This document shows positions 1 through 15,200 of a DNA stretch of 64,000 nucleotides, piece by piece. Source of the stretch: Lytechinus pictus (lineage: Eukaryota). Below the pieces are notes generated by a model. It saw only the letters and a program-made list of their open reading frames with translations. It was not told the origin of the DNA and did not search any database. The DNA lies in contig NC_087245.1 in the NCBI RefSeq assembly GCF_037042905.1, positions 15,192,001-15,256,000 of the forward strand, given 5' to 3'. A program made the position numbers and the translations under genes. Every line of letters starts with the position of its first letter. The stretch's first letter is position 1.

Positions 1-1894
1 ATACATACATTCTCACAATCTAATTGAAATATATTTATACCTGAAAATATTATTTTTTTAAATTATTAAAACAAATAGCAGAAACATATATAAATATATA
101 TCATATAAATCATTTTGAAATGTGGGAGACCCCCATCTTAAGCTTAGAGCTAGAAATTGATAAAGGCCTCGAAAGGAAAGGGGAAAGAAAACCAGGCAAA
201 CAGTGCAATACTTGTAGCAATATCTACTATTGAAAATAGATATTGCATCAGAGCTCATTCCTGATTGGTTATTTGAACAGATGAAATGGTCGATCGAATA
301 GTTCCATTCTCTCCTAAAATTGCACGTGGGCGCTGCATGATTTTGCCAGAGGATACGAAATAAAGTTGTTAGATATCTTGCATTTGCTAAATGCCCTCTA
401 CGTCAATATACCGATCAAGCTATTGACTGTAAATTACCCCCCCCCCCCCCCATAGATAAAGATGAAGTGGACTGCTCTCCTTTTATGATAAAAAGGAGGA
501 GAACGTCAAATTTAGATGAATAAATGAGTGCTTATGCATTTTCACCCTGACCTATTTGCCCAGATAGAAGAGTTCTATCAATTAAGGGGACTGCGCCGGG
601 TAAAAGGAACACCCCTCCCCATAAAAACAGAAGAAAGGGGGGATTTCTTCTTTTAAGAATGGCGCTCCGTATCTTACTTTCTTGAGGAAGACGATGCAAT
701 GCGCGGTGCTCTGACAGATCAATCAAGATATATTTGGTTCACCAAAATTATCGAGGATGAATTTCTATAAACTGCGATTCGAGAACCTCACTAGAAACAT
801 TTTTTTTTAATCTGTCAGGAGCACTTTGACAGACTGCATAATACTGTTGTTAACCCGAGATAAACCACTCTTTTCACCAAATCACTTAACATAATGTCTT
901 CATCACAGGAAGGAAAGTCAGGCAATCATTCAAAAAATATAACTAGTGGAACGGATAGAATCTAGAAAAGAAAAATAAACTTGGAGTCTTATTTACTATT
1001 TTATTCTTCCTCAAATGTCAACCACGCACCCCATCTGATTTGAGCAAATTTGCCTTTCAAACCCACCAGACTAACCAAATGTCAAAAACAAGTAGTCTAG
1101 TGCGTGGTAGATACTCAAAGTAAAGTGGGACCTTATACCAATCATTGTACCATGTAAAGCATGTTAACCCCTAATAACCAGTATATAGGTTTCTATTATG
1201 TTTACTTGGGCATACTCTCCATTTTTGTGGTAGTTGATGGGAAATAAAAGAAATGCATTGCACCACTGTCAGAAGCTGGTCGCCACTGGTGTCAGTACAT
1301 GACAGTATTTTCCATCAAGAAATTGCTTGATTAGAATATCACTTATATTTGCTCTAGCAGTAGGTTACGATAACAACTTTAAAGTTTTTAAAGATCTTCG
1401 CTACAGCCATGTTCCTCCTAACAAATATTACGGTTACAATATTTGTTACCACAATCTCAATACCATCACCATTAACCGGCAATATGTAACGCCTCTCTCA
1501 AACTGCGTTGTCTTAGTAATAACGACGAGACAAGTTGGGTCACCTCACTGTCTTTATTTTATTAAAAAAAAATATTTACAGATTATTGTAAGTGTATTGT
1601 ATTGTCTTTTTTTTTGTTTATAATCGGAAAAGGGAATTTTTTTAATAAACAAAACTGGAAACAACTCACTGTTGTGGCGTTTCTCCAATCATGGATTTTT
1701 CTGGTGAGTGACAAATCCGTTAAAGGAAAACACCTTTGTCTGAGATTGTGCAGATTCTTTGGTGAAACGTCGCAAAACACGATTGTTAATTTCAATTTGT
1801 TTTATTGAAAATATCTTTTTGTGTTAAACAAGGGTAGATGGATGGGAAGAGTTTATTTTTTGGCTATCAACAATTAAAAAAACACAACAAACCT

Positions 1895-2328
1895 CACCAA
1901 CACCACCACCATCACCATTATCATCAACACCAGTATCATCACCATCACTATTAACATTATATCACTATCACCGTTTCTTCATAGACGACCATCATCACTG
2001 CCAAAGTAAATCTTAATCATCATAAAATCATTATCATTATCAAAATACAATATAACCATGACAACCATCACTCAATGACAAAAAATCCCAATCAGATCAT
2101 CTTCACTACCACGATACAATCCAACCATCCACTAACATAATTGTATGATCACGATCGTCATTAACATCATGGCGTCTTTATCATCATCTTTATTATCATC
2201 ATCATCTTCGTCAACATCATCATCGTCGTCGCGTCGTGACAACCCACCACCACAATCATCACCTTCATCATCATGTTCTTCATAATTGCCATCATCATCG
2301 ACACCATCTTCTCTATCGTAATCATCAT
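1895..2328. repeat. Degenerate (CAT/CAC)n low-complexity tract
   Basis: Runs of catcat and caccac. Confidence 0.85.
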
Positions 2329-2621
2329 CAGGGTCCTGGGGACATTTTTTTACAGGGGATGCTAATGTCAATATGACAAGCAAAAAAGAAAAAAATTGGG
2401 GTTTCACTGTAAAATGAAGGTCATTTTTGGCCCCGAGAAATATGTCAGGCAAAAAAACCCCAAACAAACAAACAAAAAAGGTTTCCTATAACATGTAGGT
2501 CTTGTTTATTTATTTTTTATTTTGCTCCACTTTGCCACACCTACAAGAATTCCGGGGGGTGCTGCCTATATAGAGAGTAACACACGCAGCACCACCAGTA
2601 CTCCCGCTTCCCAGGGCCATG
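2329..2621. mobile_element. hAT-like MITE
   Basis: Ends cagggtcctggg ... cccagggccatg; flanks atcatcat and atcatgat match at 7 of 8 positions. Confidence 0.5.
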
Positions 2622-3419
2622 ATCATGATCATCACCAGTAGCAGCAGGATCAACATTAATTCCATCACTATCTTCAGAAGAAACATATCTTTCTGTTTTT
2701 TTATGTGTTTGGTTGTTATATTTGTCATCAATTTTTTTTCACCAACTGCATCTCAGTGCGCCCCTGAATAGAAAGGACTTACGGAGGTACGAAGAGACAT
2801 TAAAAACTTCACTACACACGTCATACATGCCAATTTTGACAGATGGGGTCTGTCGACTGTGCGTGTAAAACAAAGGATATGTAAATACCAATCGCGTGTT
2901 GTCACTGATGATAGCTCCTTTGTTTTAAGGTGTGTAAGGAGATGTCAAGATCCATCATAATTCAGAAGTGTTAATTTGTGTCACGATATCAAACAAATGT
3001 CTGAGTGATATTTGCATATATCACAGGTGTGTGATTGGGAAATGATGTTGCAATAGTTTTACCAACTTTATATCCTAAAAAAACATTCTAGAAAGAGGGC
3101 AATATAGTCATGGAATGAAGAATGTCAAGATTCGATTCATTTTGAAGATGCCTCATAAAGCCTCTTTCTCATGACCACAGCTTGATAATGAATATTAATT
3201 TTATTTTCAAAGGGTTCTTGCATTGATCGAGAAAACTTTATGATTTCCTTAGAAATAAAACCATGCCGAGGTTAATCTTTAAAACGACGCATGACTTTGC
3301 ATACACACGCCCCTATATAAACAGGCAAACTATATCCTATCTTTCCTCTGTACTATCACATTTATACCTACTTTTTTTTCTCTCATTTCATGCCAATTAC
3401 TTCTCCTTTTAGACCCTAA

Positions 3420-4280
3420 GCACACACCCACATCAGCAGGACACATCACACACCTACCCACTCATGCGATGTCTCTATTACACCTTCATTTCCAATCTCC
3501 CACACACTCTCGCCATCAATCAAATTTCCCCTCTCACCTCTCACTCTTTCACCCTCAACTCCACTCTCACAATCCCGCACACTCTCATAATTATCCATAC
3601 ACCCACACTCTCCCCAATCACTCTATTGCGCACTTTACTCCACCCCCGCATAAAATGGCCCTCACCACACATCCACCATCCACCTTTTCAACAAGTTTTT
3701 ATCCAGAATTAATTATATTCTTACACCCTCAACTCCACTCTCCCACACACACACATACACACTCAACACCATCGATACGCCAACACTACCCTCTTATATC
3801 TCTCTCTCCCTCCTTCTAATCCATAAACTCACACCCCATTCACATCTTTCATTATCGCACCCTCTTCCACACACACTCACCATCACCCTCACGGTCTCCC
3901 ACACACAAACCAGATCAAACATCCAAACGCACTATCCCTCTTATCTCTCTTCCCGGGCTCTCTTCTCCACCGATACCCCTTCATTCTCCCACCTCTCTCT
4001 CCCACACACGCAAGCACCCACCCATTAGACCCTACCTTTTCTCCCACGCTCTTTTATCCCTATCACACACACACACACACTCACACTGCACTCTCCTTTC
4101 AACACACGCAACTTCACTCAATCATACCTCTCTCCCACCAGCGAGTAACTCCCTGCTCTTATCAAAACTCTTTGGTACACATAATTATATTCTCCCTCTC
4201 TCTCACACACACACACACGCGCCCCCTCACCCACACGTCTTAACCCAAACACTAACGGTATACACACTCTTTCACTCCCC
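3420..4280. repeat. G-poor (CA/CT) low-complexity tract
   Basis: Degenerate cacaca and ctctc repeats. Confidence 0.8.
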
Positions 4281-5902
4281 ACAATGATAGCCGTATTTGT
4301 ATATGGAGACGAAATTCACTTTTTTAGATCCTAAATATTTTTCTTAATTTCCATCCTTCACACATTTTAGTGCTTAAGGCAGACCTAAGAATGGAGAATA
4401 AGGAACCAGATCACACTCCTAGCGGATGACAGCAGACCTCTTGTGTGTAATTCCGGGGTGTAGTATCTGATGAAAGTAGCCCTCTTTAAAAGAAACTAAA
4501 TCATTTCGCAAGATATATACCTTTCAATTTGATTATGCAACTGGCAAACCTGGGAAAGTTTTGTCTTTAAAGTTGATCGTACAGGTATGGATGAATCAAC
4601 TAAAAGCTGGAATGTATTTGAATGTATTTCAATTTTCTTCTCATATTCCTTAAAAAAGTGTTTTAATTCTTCAATTCTATGACTTTCTCTCGTCGGATTA
4701 CTGCCTCGACAAAAACTTAATGTTTTTTTTGGCAGTATTCCTCAATTCCATCCGTTAGTTGAAATCTCTGTATCACTTTATGTAATATAAGAATGTTTAC
4801 ATATGTATATCTTTATAATGTCTCTTTTTTGTATTGATAATCTGTTATTATGCTCACATGCATTTCTCTGTACATTTTTTAAATCGGAATTGAAAATGAT
4901 TGAATTCAATTCAATTAAATGAAAAAACTGAATTGTTCGTTAAAAGGAAAAGCAATATATGAATATATATACCACTGTGGTTTTAAAACTACAAATATAA
5001 TTCGACATGGTATAAGTCAATTTTTAACTTTAGTTACAACTTTATGAAACAAACGCAAGTTTACACCTTTTGTGTCACACGCATTCATATTTTGTTTTTA
5101 ACAGAAAATGAACAAAATGAGATGTGATGGATTTTTCTAATTAAACAAATTGTGCCAAATAAATTATAAACATCCTCCTCCAACTCTTCATCATCTTTGC
5201 CCTTCATGGTGGTATGAAGCACATAATTTCACTTTCGAGATGTCAAAATGATACATGCCTAATTCAACAAAACCTTTCGTGTTCAGCTATGTCACTGTTC
5301 CTCAAAATCCCTTTGTTCTTAATCGTTTTGCATATTCTCGCCAAAACCACCGTTGCCACCTACAACTATTCCTGAGCTATTTAATTTAAAATCAAACGAT
5401 ATAGCAATGAAGTAAAAAGCAATAAGTATCACGAAGTTTACTATGTTTCTACCATCGTCTTATGCATGGAAATTAATTGACACTCACTCGAAATTTTCAA
5501 ATATCAATACCCGATCAATGTAAATTAATTTCAATAGGAGTCAAAATGCTAAAGCCCCCCCCTACCAAAAAATTAAGGGACAGATTAACAGTTTTTTAAG
5601 AATGAAACCGGAATTATAGACTTCAATTCTTAATCCGATCCTTCTTTATTTAACAAACCAATTGTAAATACAACCAGTAGAGCCGTGTAATCTTTTCTCA
5701 GCTCCTGTTGTGCTAATAGACAAATTCACATAATTACTTAGTTACCGATAACTGGCATATCATAGTCACAGGCATAACCTTAACCACTACATTTTCGCAC
5801 TAGATGATGTTTTTTGCATTACCTCTTCTTCTCTTTGCCTACCACTTGGCTTAAGTAAACTGTTTGGGAGCTTTATCTAGGGGTGTTATGCACACCCTTC
5901 TA

Positions 5903-5945
5903 CCAATCAACCAGCTTCCAATTACCCCTAAAACGGGGTATAAAA
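5903..5945 (+). promoter_or_regulatory. Putative core promoter: two CCAAT boxes and a TATA box
   Basis: CCAAT at 5903 and 5918; TATAAAA at 5939-5945, about 220 bp upstream of the signal-peptide ATG. Confidence 0.6.
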
Positions 5946-6162
5946 GGACCAGATCAAGCTTTTACCGGCGAGTTGCTCTTCTGCTAGCCCGATTCTTAGA
6001 GGGTTTGGACTCCGAACACGTTGTTCAACATTATTGTGAGAACTTGACAGGGAGCCCAAAATCCATTCTGGAAGCCAAACTTGTTTAAAACTTTAAACAA
6101 AGTTTCTCTTTTCTTGTGGCTTGGCCGCCCAAGTCAGCCAGCCTGAAAGAGTTAACGCAACC

Positions 6163-6242
6163 ATGGGTCGTGCAATATACGTATCTCTTCTTCTTTTGAT
6201 GGTGCTTGGTGTCATCGAGGCTCACGTCACCTACAAAAGGCG
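6163..6242 (+). CDS. Mucin exon 1: signal peptide
   Basis: Kozak-like [33 protein letters not shown]; donor CG|gtatgt, phase 2. Confidence 0.85.
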
Positions 6243-9200
6243 GTATGTCCAACTATTTAGATGTAATATATTTGTTGGTGACGATAGTGTCTTTTCTTGA
6301 TGATACATTTTGTTCAAGTGAAAATAAAATGCATGTCAACTGAAATTTCTATTTCATATACAGATGTTTCTAAGAAATGATTTACATTTATCAAATCTTC
6401 AGAATAAATATGTCTGACTTATATACTTTGTTTCCAAATTTAGTTGCAAATGTATTCATAACGACATGTAGTCTAAAACATTGAAATGTAACGATTAAAA
6501 GATGATTGATCATTTTCATTTCAGAATTTGTACCTGTCGTATATTATATATGTTATAAATGAAAACCAAGCAAAAATGCGAAATTAATCAATAGAATAAT
6601 TGAAAAATCCACACTTCATTCAATTAGACTATGCATCGTTTATCAATCTACAATTCTTGCCCAATTTTCACACGAGAAAAAAATAAAAAAGCGACATATC
6701 GAAGCCCAGAACACAATATTTTCCTTATCGTATCTAGTATTATTATACAATCATCATCGTTATCATCGTTATCATTTACTAATGATGGGTTTTAAAAAGT
6801 TATTAATAACTTAAATTCACTACTGGGCGCCTTTGGAAAGCAGTTTTGCATAACTGAACATACCTACACTGCGGTATAAAATAAAGAAAACAGACAAACA
6901 AACACATAAATGAATAATTCATCTAGGTTTTATAAACTATTTGTTTTTTAGTATTTGGAAAATCTCTTTTTTGTGTGTGTGTGAATATTTGACACTCGAA
7001 AAAAGAATGAGTGTGCTGAATTTATAAGTAGAATTTATATCTAAGGTATATACATTATCATAATATCATCATTATTCATTACTATGTATTTGAAGGTAGT
7101 GTGATATGGAGTTTCAATGTAACACACACTGATTTGACACTGTGTTAATATAATGTATTTGAAAAAATTAATAAGTAGAAAGTTAAATGGAAAAATGATA
7201 TATGATATTAATGCTTCCAAAAAGATAGATCAGAAAATGTACGATGTTAAGTATATGAGTTGTTAATGTATCTACTAATTTGTAAAGAGATGATATTCAC
7301 CCATTCGTTCGTATGAACGATAGAACATATGAATCTGTGTATTTTTAGCAAAAACACCCTCGTATCAGCGAAAACCCTTCCGTTTCGGCATATCGTACAC
7401 TTCAACGTGAAATCCAATCCCATTGGATTTTCTTTTCCATCTAAATATCCTAATAATATCTAATTGTACATGTACCTATAAAGCCCACCCCCACAGTACA
7501 GGAAAGTCACCCCGTCAAACTAGATACAATTCTGAATAAACCATGATAAGTAGCGACAACAAAATCATGAACGTGACAACATGACCCCCATACCAAAATA
7601 TATTGGAAATCAATTTCTTCATGATGAACCGAAAAGTCAAGATTTGAGCATTTTATTGTCAGAAAAAAATATATTTGCAAAAGTGAAAAAAGTTGTCTGA
7701 TAATAAAAAGAAGTGATTTTGCAATTAATTTGTTTTTATAATATTATTTTCCCATTCTTGAAAACGATGTAGAAGATTAGCAGTAAAATCTGTACTTTTA
7801 AATATTTTCCCAAATTTTTTTCCAATAGTAGATTTTAGTCATTTTGTTTTGTTTTAATTTTCAAGGCGTTTTTGTTAGAAACAGCCCCATAAACCGAAGA
7901 AATTCAAGTCATTTTTTAGTATATGTTATGCCATAAAGAATGTTAAACTGTGCCTGATTATTTTTCCCGCAATAAGAGACATTCTAAATTTCTTTTTCTG
8001 ACGTAAATATTCTGTATCAATTTTGAATCATAAAGGTAAAATATTGGTAAAATAATTACCATTGATCCTATAGAAATTCATATCTAAAAGTAAATGAAAT
8101 TGAAACTCTTTATATAAATTCTCTTTGTTATGAAATTGAAGAAAAATAAATATAGACTCCAAATCTGCTTAAAACAGCATATCGTGCTCTAAACATTCAA
8201 AAGCTAAATTCATTGCTTGAATTTTAAGTTCATGTGTGTTTTATGAGCTCCAATACAACTGCACTCAATGTGGCATTTTGTCACTTAACATTTTAGAGTT
8301 GAACAAGCTAATAATCTGAAACGGGAAAACTATATCATGAAATTCGTCGTTAATATCTTTTACTCCAAAGTAATATTTTAAACGGCAATTCATTTCCAAT
8401 GAAACCATATCGACTTTATAGTTTACACTCAATTTTCGTAATGTTTCGACTGTGCATCAGATATGAAATATTATTATTTTATCACGATGTATCGAAGCAG
8501 TATCTTCTGTATGAGATGATAACAAATGGCTAGTTCAAGGGAATTCGCATACCTAACTCGTTTTTAATCAAGTGTGTTTCGGTAACTTTGCTTGATTCTC
8601 TTTCAGAAAGAAATGATTTTATTTTACAATTGCAATTACCATTTTTAACGTTTAAACCCTTCATTCATTTTTTTCGAAGACTTTGGTCAATGGAAGACAA
8701 ATATGTATATACATGTATACGATTTTAAGAGAATCTGCAAACTTTAAATACCGTAGTAGCATTCCGAACAGTTTATGTAAACTTGTCTGACCTATAGCGG
8801 GTATGAATAAGTCTCCCTCAATACACTCTAAAAAGACATTGGGTAAAAGTTCTCCATGAGGGTAATTATGACTTGTGTCCAACTAACATTGGGAATTTCT
8901 TTTGAACATTTTTATTTATCCAGTGTGATGAAAATTTTGCCCATTCTATAGTAATTGCTGCTTATTTTTTTTAACCTTACTGGGGCTTCCTGCATTGGGT
9001 AAAATACTGTCCAAAATTGGTTGGATTCATAATTACCCTCGTGGTAGTAAAAATTTTACCCAATATTAAATCCAGTAACATTTAACATCATCGAATGGGT
9101 AGACCTAGTCCATGAGGTTTTTGGTTAATATTCATAGCCATCTCATTCGACAAGATAAAATCTGGAAATGCTATATTGTTGAAACACCATTTAGGTGCAC

Positions 9201-12200
9201 TTGAACGTATATTCCCCCGCAAATCATCTTGGGCATTCATTGCTTACCCAATCACTCAAGATTTTCGACGGTAGTTTGAATCTGTTTTAGTGGTTCCCAA
9301 TTGTAAAGCAAGAGAATGTCAAGAGTATTTGCTTTACCTCGGAAAAGAGTTTTATTGCTGAATGTTACTTCTCAACAAACACTTATAATTATATCGCAAA
9401 GATTTTCAACGAACTTTCAAAGAACACTTGAGGAATCAAATTGTTATATTTTCGAATTTCGATTCGACTATAATGCTGGAAAGGGCATTGAAATCTAGGT
9501 TCAGTTGTTATTTTGCATATCTATTATCAGGGATAATTTGTTGGATATAAATACAGCGTTATCTGAAAATGTGTGATAAAAATTATGTAAACCATCTAGA
9601 ATTCAACATTTGGGTAGTTTTCAATTTGACTTTCTTTTATGTTTTTTTTACTGACCAATTGACTCTCCGTCAATCATAATTATGCGAGGATTTCAGAACG
9701 CTTCCTAAAAGAGAAACCCATTCTATACAAGGGAAACACAAAAACACCCCAAAACCATCTATATATATTATTTTCATATAAAATGACACTTTAATATATG
9801 AAATATGGATGTTGTCGATACAAACTGACAGTTTATCAAACTGAACTAGTGAATAAATGTAATTACACTCTATCAACACTGAGTAAAATTTTACCCAATA
9901 TTGGGTAAAAAGGGAGCATGCATGTTTGCTTGGTATTTTTTACCCCATATTGGGCAAAATGTATGTTTTAAGGGTAAATTTCAACGCAATATTGCGTAAA
10001 ATTTACAAAATATGTGGTATCTTTTTACCCAACCAACATGCATGTTCTCATTTTGCCCAATATTGGGTAAACTTGTTTTTTTTAGAGTTTACATGTATTG
10101 TAAATGTCTAGCATTTTTTTTATCTTCATGAAACCCAAATCAATTATCCATTTGTAAAATTTACCAATCGTGTGTGTATTGAAATTACATAATCAATTGT
10201 GATTGGTGGTTTGTGAAAAGATTAAATTATTCGCAATCAATAGCATTGAAATTGTTATATTCAAATGTGACCAACCACCCCCCCCCCCCAAAAACAAAAA
10301 ATAAGTCGCCAGGGAAGGTTCTCTGTAAATAGCAATTTCAGTAATTTGGTCTTCAAAAAGCAAACATAATAAATTACCTTTTCTGAAGGAAAAATTCTTT
10401 TTCTTTCTACTGTCAAAATTGAAAGCTGAAAAATTGACTAAAACAGGACACAAAGAGTTTCTTTGACACAAAGTTTATTCGAATTGCTTGGAATTTGCAC
10501 TGAGATTGCATAGTGCGCACATCTGAGTGAATTCCGTTTTTTAAACGTTGTCTTCTCCTTATTTTTGAAGCTCTCGCTTCGATTCTTCCATATTCAATCA
10601 AGTACAAGTGGGTCATTGGTAATCGATTTTGTCAATTTATTTTTCAGTTGAAAGCTTAGACTTTGCTATTTCAAACTCAATAAAAATCTAAAAAATAATT
10701 TTGGGTGACGTTGGTTTTGGGGTGGTTGGTCACGCATAATAATTTTCTTTATGACAGTCCATATAACTATTTCCATTTATTTCATTTTCCAGACCAACAT
10801 ACTCGTTCTACACTAAAGATGGAAACCATAATGCGATAGTCAACCATCGTAAGTACTTATACTAGTCTAACTTTTGATGATTCGAATCAGAAAAGTGGCT
10901 AATTCGATCCCAATGATTAAAAATTTATGAAGCTAATTAATTATTTTGAAGCTGAGATTCCATTATCATTCTATTGAGTGCACCATTGAAGACTTAAATC
11001 ATTATCTGATCGTGTTATGGGAATGAAATAAAAACTCACTATAGACGTAACTTTGAAATGTTTTACCTGGAGAAATGCAGATGGACACATTTTCTTCCCA
11101 CAAGTATTTCCAAATAGGCCTATCCTCTTCATAAAAGTAGTTATATGTTAAGTATTATGTTTTATTCTTTAAAAGAGAGACTGGATTGTACAAACTAAGC
11201 ATTTAGAATTAACTCAAGGTTTTATTTGATTTCCCGTTTCATTATGATAGTCTACGGCAAGCTAGGCATTCTTTGCGACACCTTTTAGGCTAATATTATG
11301 GACGTTGTTTCCCAGTATGACTGGTTCCCCCTCTTAATTGCCTCTCATTTATTTGACATGATTGTACTCATTTAAAGGACAGATTAATATTATTATCGTT
11401 TCGATGAACACAATTGTTTCGGTTGCATTGTCAACAATTAATTTCATGGTTATGATTACGTATAATTAATGTACATTTCGCGTTTGTTGAAATTTTACGC
11501 ATAATGAATTACTACTTTATGAATGAAGATTCCCTTTTTATTACACCTATATTTTGATAATTTGTTAAACGCAAACTATGAGAAGAATCCTTTCGTACGT
11601 CCTATATCATCAGTACACCTTCCTAAAAGGCCTACATATCCATGACAGAAACAAACAAAACAATATATCAACATTCTTAGTGCTCCTCGTATTACGTCAA
11701 AGCAGTTAGGAAACTAATACTAGAAATAGTTAGAATGATTATTCTAAGAAGTACGTCACAGTAATTCTGCTTTAACGCAGACTGAAGCAAATTAGCCTTG
11801 GTGTTGATAACGGTTTAATTTTGTCAAACAGCAATTAACATGTAAAACACACTGGTGATCTATTTGTTGTCGCTTTGGCGATAAAGACACCGTGTTGGGA
11901 GACCGGACCTTGGTCGGTTGTTATGTTTAATATGCAGAATGGGGGAAATGGACAAGAATCTCATTCAAGCCATTTTTTTTTTAGAATGAGGCATTTCCAT
12001 ACAAGGAGATCGAAAATACAACTACGAGGAAAGACAATGATATAAAGAAGATGGGTTGGGGATGCCGAACGGCAAATTGTGTGTGTGTGTGGGGGGGGGG
12101 CGAGAATGTTTGCACCCAGATTCTAGAAACCTACTCTTTTAGTTACTACAATTTATTTTGGAAGAAATCCCACCAAATTAATTTCCAGTACCTTCCGCTA

Positions 12201-15200
12201 TATTAGCTTTTTTTACTGACATTTGATCGCTATTATTCAAAGTAACGTTTAATTGTTCCTCACATAGGCGCATACAGGACCTAGATAAAAAGGTTAAAAA
12301 TATAGGGCGATGAGAGCGGGCCTGGATGAGAGATGTGTGGGACTTTAAAAACGTCTGAATGCCCTTATAAAGAAGGATAGGTTTAAAACAAACATTACAC
12401 AACAACATAAAGTTATCTTGAAAGGTATGTGACGGTTGTGACTTCCCTAAGTTCACCGCAGTGAATATATAGATAAATATTAAGGACCTTCTTTTTTTTT
12501 CATAGCCAAAATATTGATCTACGTGCACCTTATATTATGCGCTTTATTCTTCGGGATGATATTTGATAAGGCTCTTTCTTGCGTTCAATAAAATAATATA
12601 GGATTTGGATAGCGCACGGATCCACCTTGCTACTAGCCTCTTGTCGAGGCCCTGTCGGCTGCTTTCCGAGCAAACATGGCTAAGCAAGGGAGAGAGTTCG
12701 CACCAGGCCTAATTCGCTTTGCGAATTAGGAAATCCCTCGCTTCGCTCGGGAAGCAGCAGCCAGGGCCTCGACAAGAGGCTACCTTGCTACGTGCTCAAG
12801 GCGCACCTATATCTATAAAGTTCTATCAAAATGTTTTTTGATAATTTTGAAAACATTGTCATTTTTTTAATGTAAACGTTTAAAGTAAGGTTTCATTACA
12901 GTTTAACCTGTTTTGCTTTGTCTGTTTCCCTTTTTTCAACATCATGCCAAGTAAGTAATGAAATCACAAAAGGCCTTTTCTATCCTAAATACATGTATAA
13001 TACCTATATGTAAATGAATATCCTATGAAATAAGCCTATTACCAATACGTACGTAAATGAATTGTTGTGTATATCTACACACAGTGCTAAAGATATATTA
13101 AATAGGACACAGTACTGAGAGAATATAACAATATTCTTATCATTCTCTCTCGCTACAGCTGCTCACAGACGAGCTGCCAGAGCCGCCATGCCAATCCCAA
13201 GACGCCCTACTGCCGCCCAACCAGAGACGACCATTCCACCTGCTACTCAGGTCCCGTGTAAGTATTACAAAAAACTCCATACTATGTAGTACAATCGAGT
13301 TGATCCACAATAAGAAATACTTAAAGCCACTACACCCCACCCCCTTGCCGATGATGGGCTGGTCAACCATGAGTTACTGCATGATGTGGGTTGCAGGAAT
13401 TTTAGTCAGTTTGAATTATTTCCAGGTGACGACAATCATGAGAACGTAAACAAAATACCTATTTCTGCTCGTGAAAATGAACTTAAATGTGAAATTGAAC
13501 TCGTGAGAACAAAGTTTTCTTTATTCATTTGAAAATCAAAGTCTTTAAAATTTCAGATGTTAAATTTTGCTAGTGACCAAAATGGGTGGAGACCCCTTTC
13601 CTCAATTCGAAATAACTCTACATGATAGTGTATACTTTGAGAGACCAATCAAACAGAAAAATACCACGGCCGTTGAGCGGTCTCGAATCCCTGAGGAAAT
13701 AGCATCTCAATAAAAAACAACAACAAAACAACAAGACAACATAAATATCACTTAAAGTCCATTGATCGCTAAATGACTTTTCAGTTGTCTTTCTTGATAT
13801 GTAGGGCTTTTCTGAAACACTTTTTTCACTGCCATTCACTATATATATTTTTTATAATAATCTTGTGATCACCTCTGAATGATTTCATCGTAAGGAATAT
13901 GCAAGTTCTTTAAATACTATCAATGAGTAATATGTGTCCAGCACGGAAAGACTATTCAAAAAGACTAAAAGAAGACCATTGAAAGACTGTTTTTTTAACT
14001 TATCAATCAAAATATCTTGGAGACAATGGATAGGCCATAATATAGATCTAGGCCTACTCCTGAAAATACTCGGTAAGCGTGAAAGACCTCAGAAATCAGA
14101 AAAAGTCATCGAAATATTGTTCAGAGATTTGAGAAGTTAATTGTTTTCAGTGGTGATTTCCGATTTATTTCAGGAAAATTTTGTTAATCCTTTATTTTAT
14201 CTATTCATTCACCACAAACGGGCCATCTCAAACCAAAGTGGTTCTGTTGCTCTTCCAAGGGGTACAAAAATAATCAGAATCTTTATTAAAAGCCTGCAGT
14301 TGGGATCAATTACCAAAATTAATGCTATAAAATATTCCCGATACATCACACCTACTTACCCAAGCTTTTAATTTCTATCCTATCATATTAATAGCCATTG
14401 ACGAGTTTGGGTACTGCCAGGCTTGGTCACAGGGGCACTACCGAACATTCGATGGTGCACTCTTCAACTTTCATGGGGCTTGTACCTATACCCTTGTGAC
14501 AGACTGTCTGGACTTTTCCTTCCATATCTATGTGGAAAATGATCTCGACTGCCAATCAGAGAGGAACAACAACACCTGTTACAGGTAGGTTTTAACCATA
14601 GAGAAACTAGTATTATATCTTTTATGGTTTTAACCCTTTCATTACCTTTGCAGAATGACAATAAATCCAATGATTTTCAAGTACTAGTGATAAACACGAA
14701 AGAGAATATAGGGGGAAAGTATAGAGATTGAGAGACAAACAAACGACTCCCCCCAAAAAAGAGTTTTAGGTCTATTTAAAAGACAATTGGGTCAAGAGAG
14801 TACCGACCTAAATGAATTAGTTATTATTTGTTACAAAAAATCATGAAACCCCAGTAAACTTCAAAACACAATTTCCTTATTATTAACAGTGGTGTAATAA
14901 GCCCAAAAGTTTGAGGGGGTTCAACATGGTGTATTGCATAATTTTCTCTTTAAAGTTGAGAGAGAGTGAATCGAGCGGGCAAAACTTTTGACATTTTTAT
15001 TACAAAAATCAAAGTTTGTGATAGATTTTGAATTAATAATCAGAAAATAATATCATATTTCACACTAATCCCTTTAATTTTCTCTTTTTTTCTTGGTCGT
15101 TATTTTTTTTCTTGGGGAGGGGGGGGGGGGGGGCAAGAGCCCCCAAGCCCCCCATCTGTACGCCAGTGTGGGAAAATTATACATAGTCATAGAATATGAA

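Noticed and set aside
2132..2467. Asp-rich minus-strand ORF
   Set aside because: Product of the (CAT)n repeat and an inserted MITE.
3464..3819. His/Pro/Thr-rich ORFs
   Set aside because: G-poor low-complexity DNA that lacks stop codons for compositional reasons.
12905..12956. Pyrimidine tract followed by gtaagt, a possible micro-exon
   Set aside because: No AG acceptor is present, and exons 2 and 3 already join in frame.
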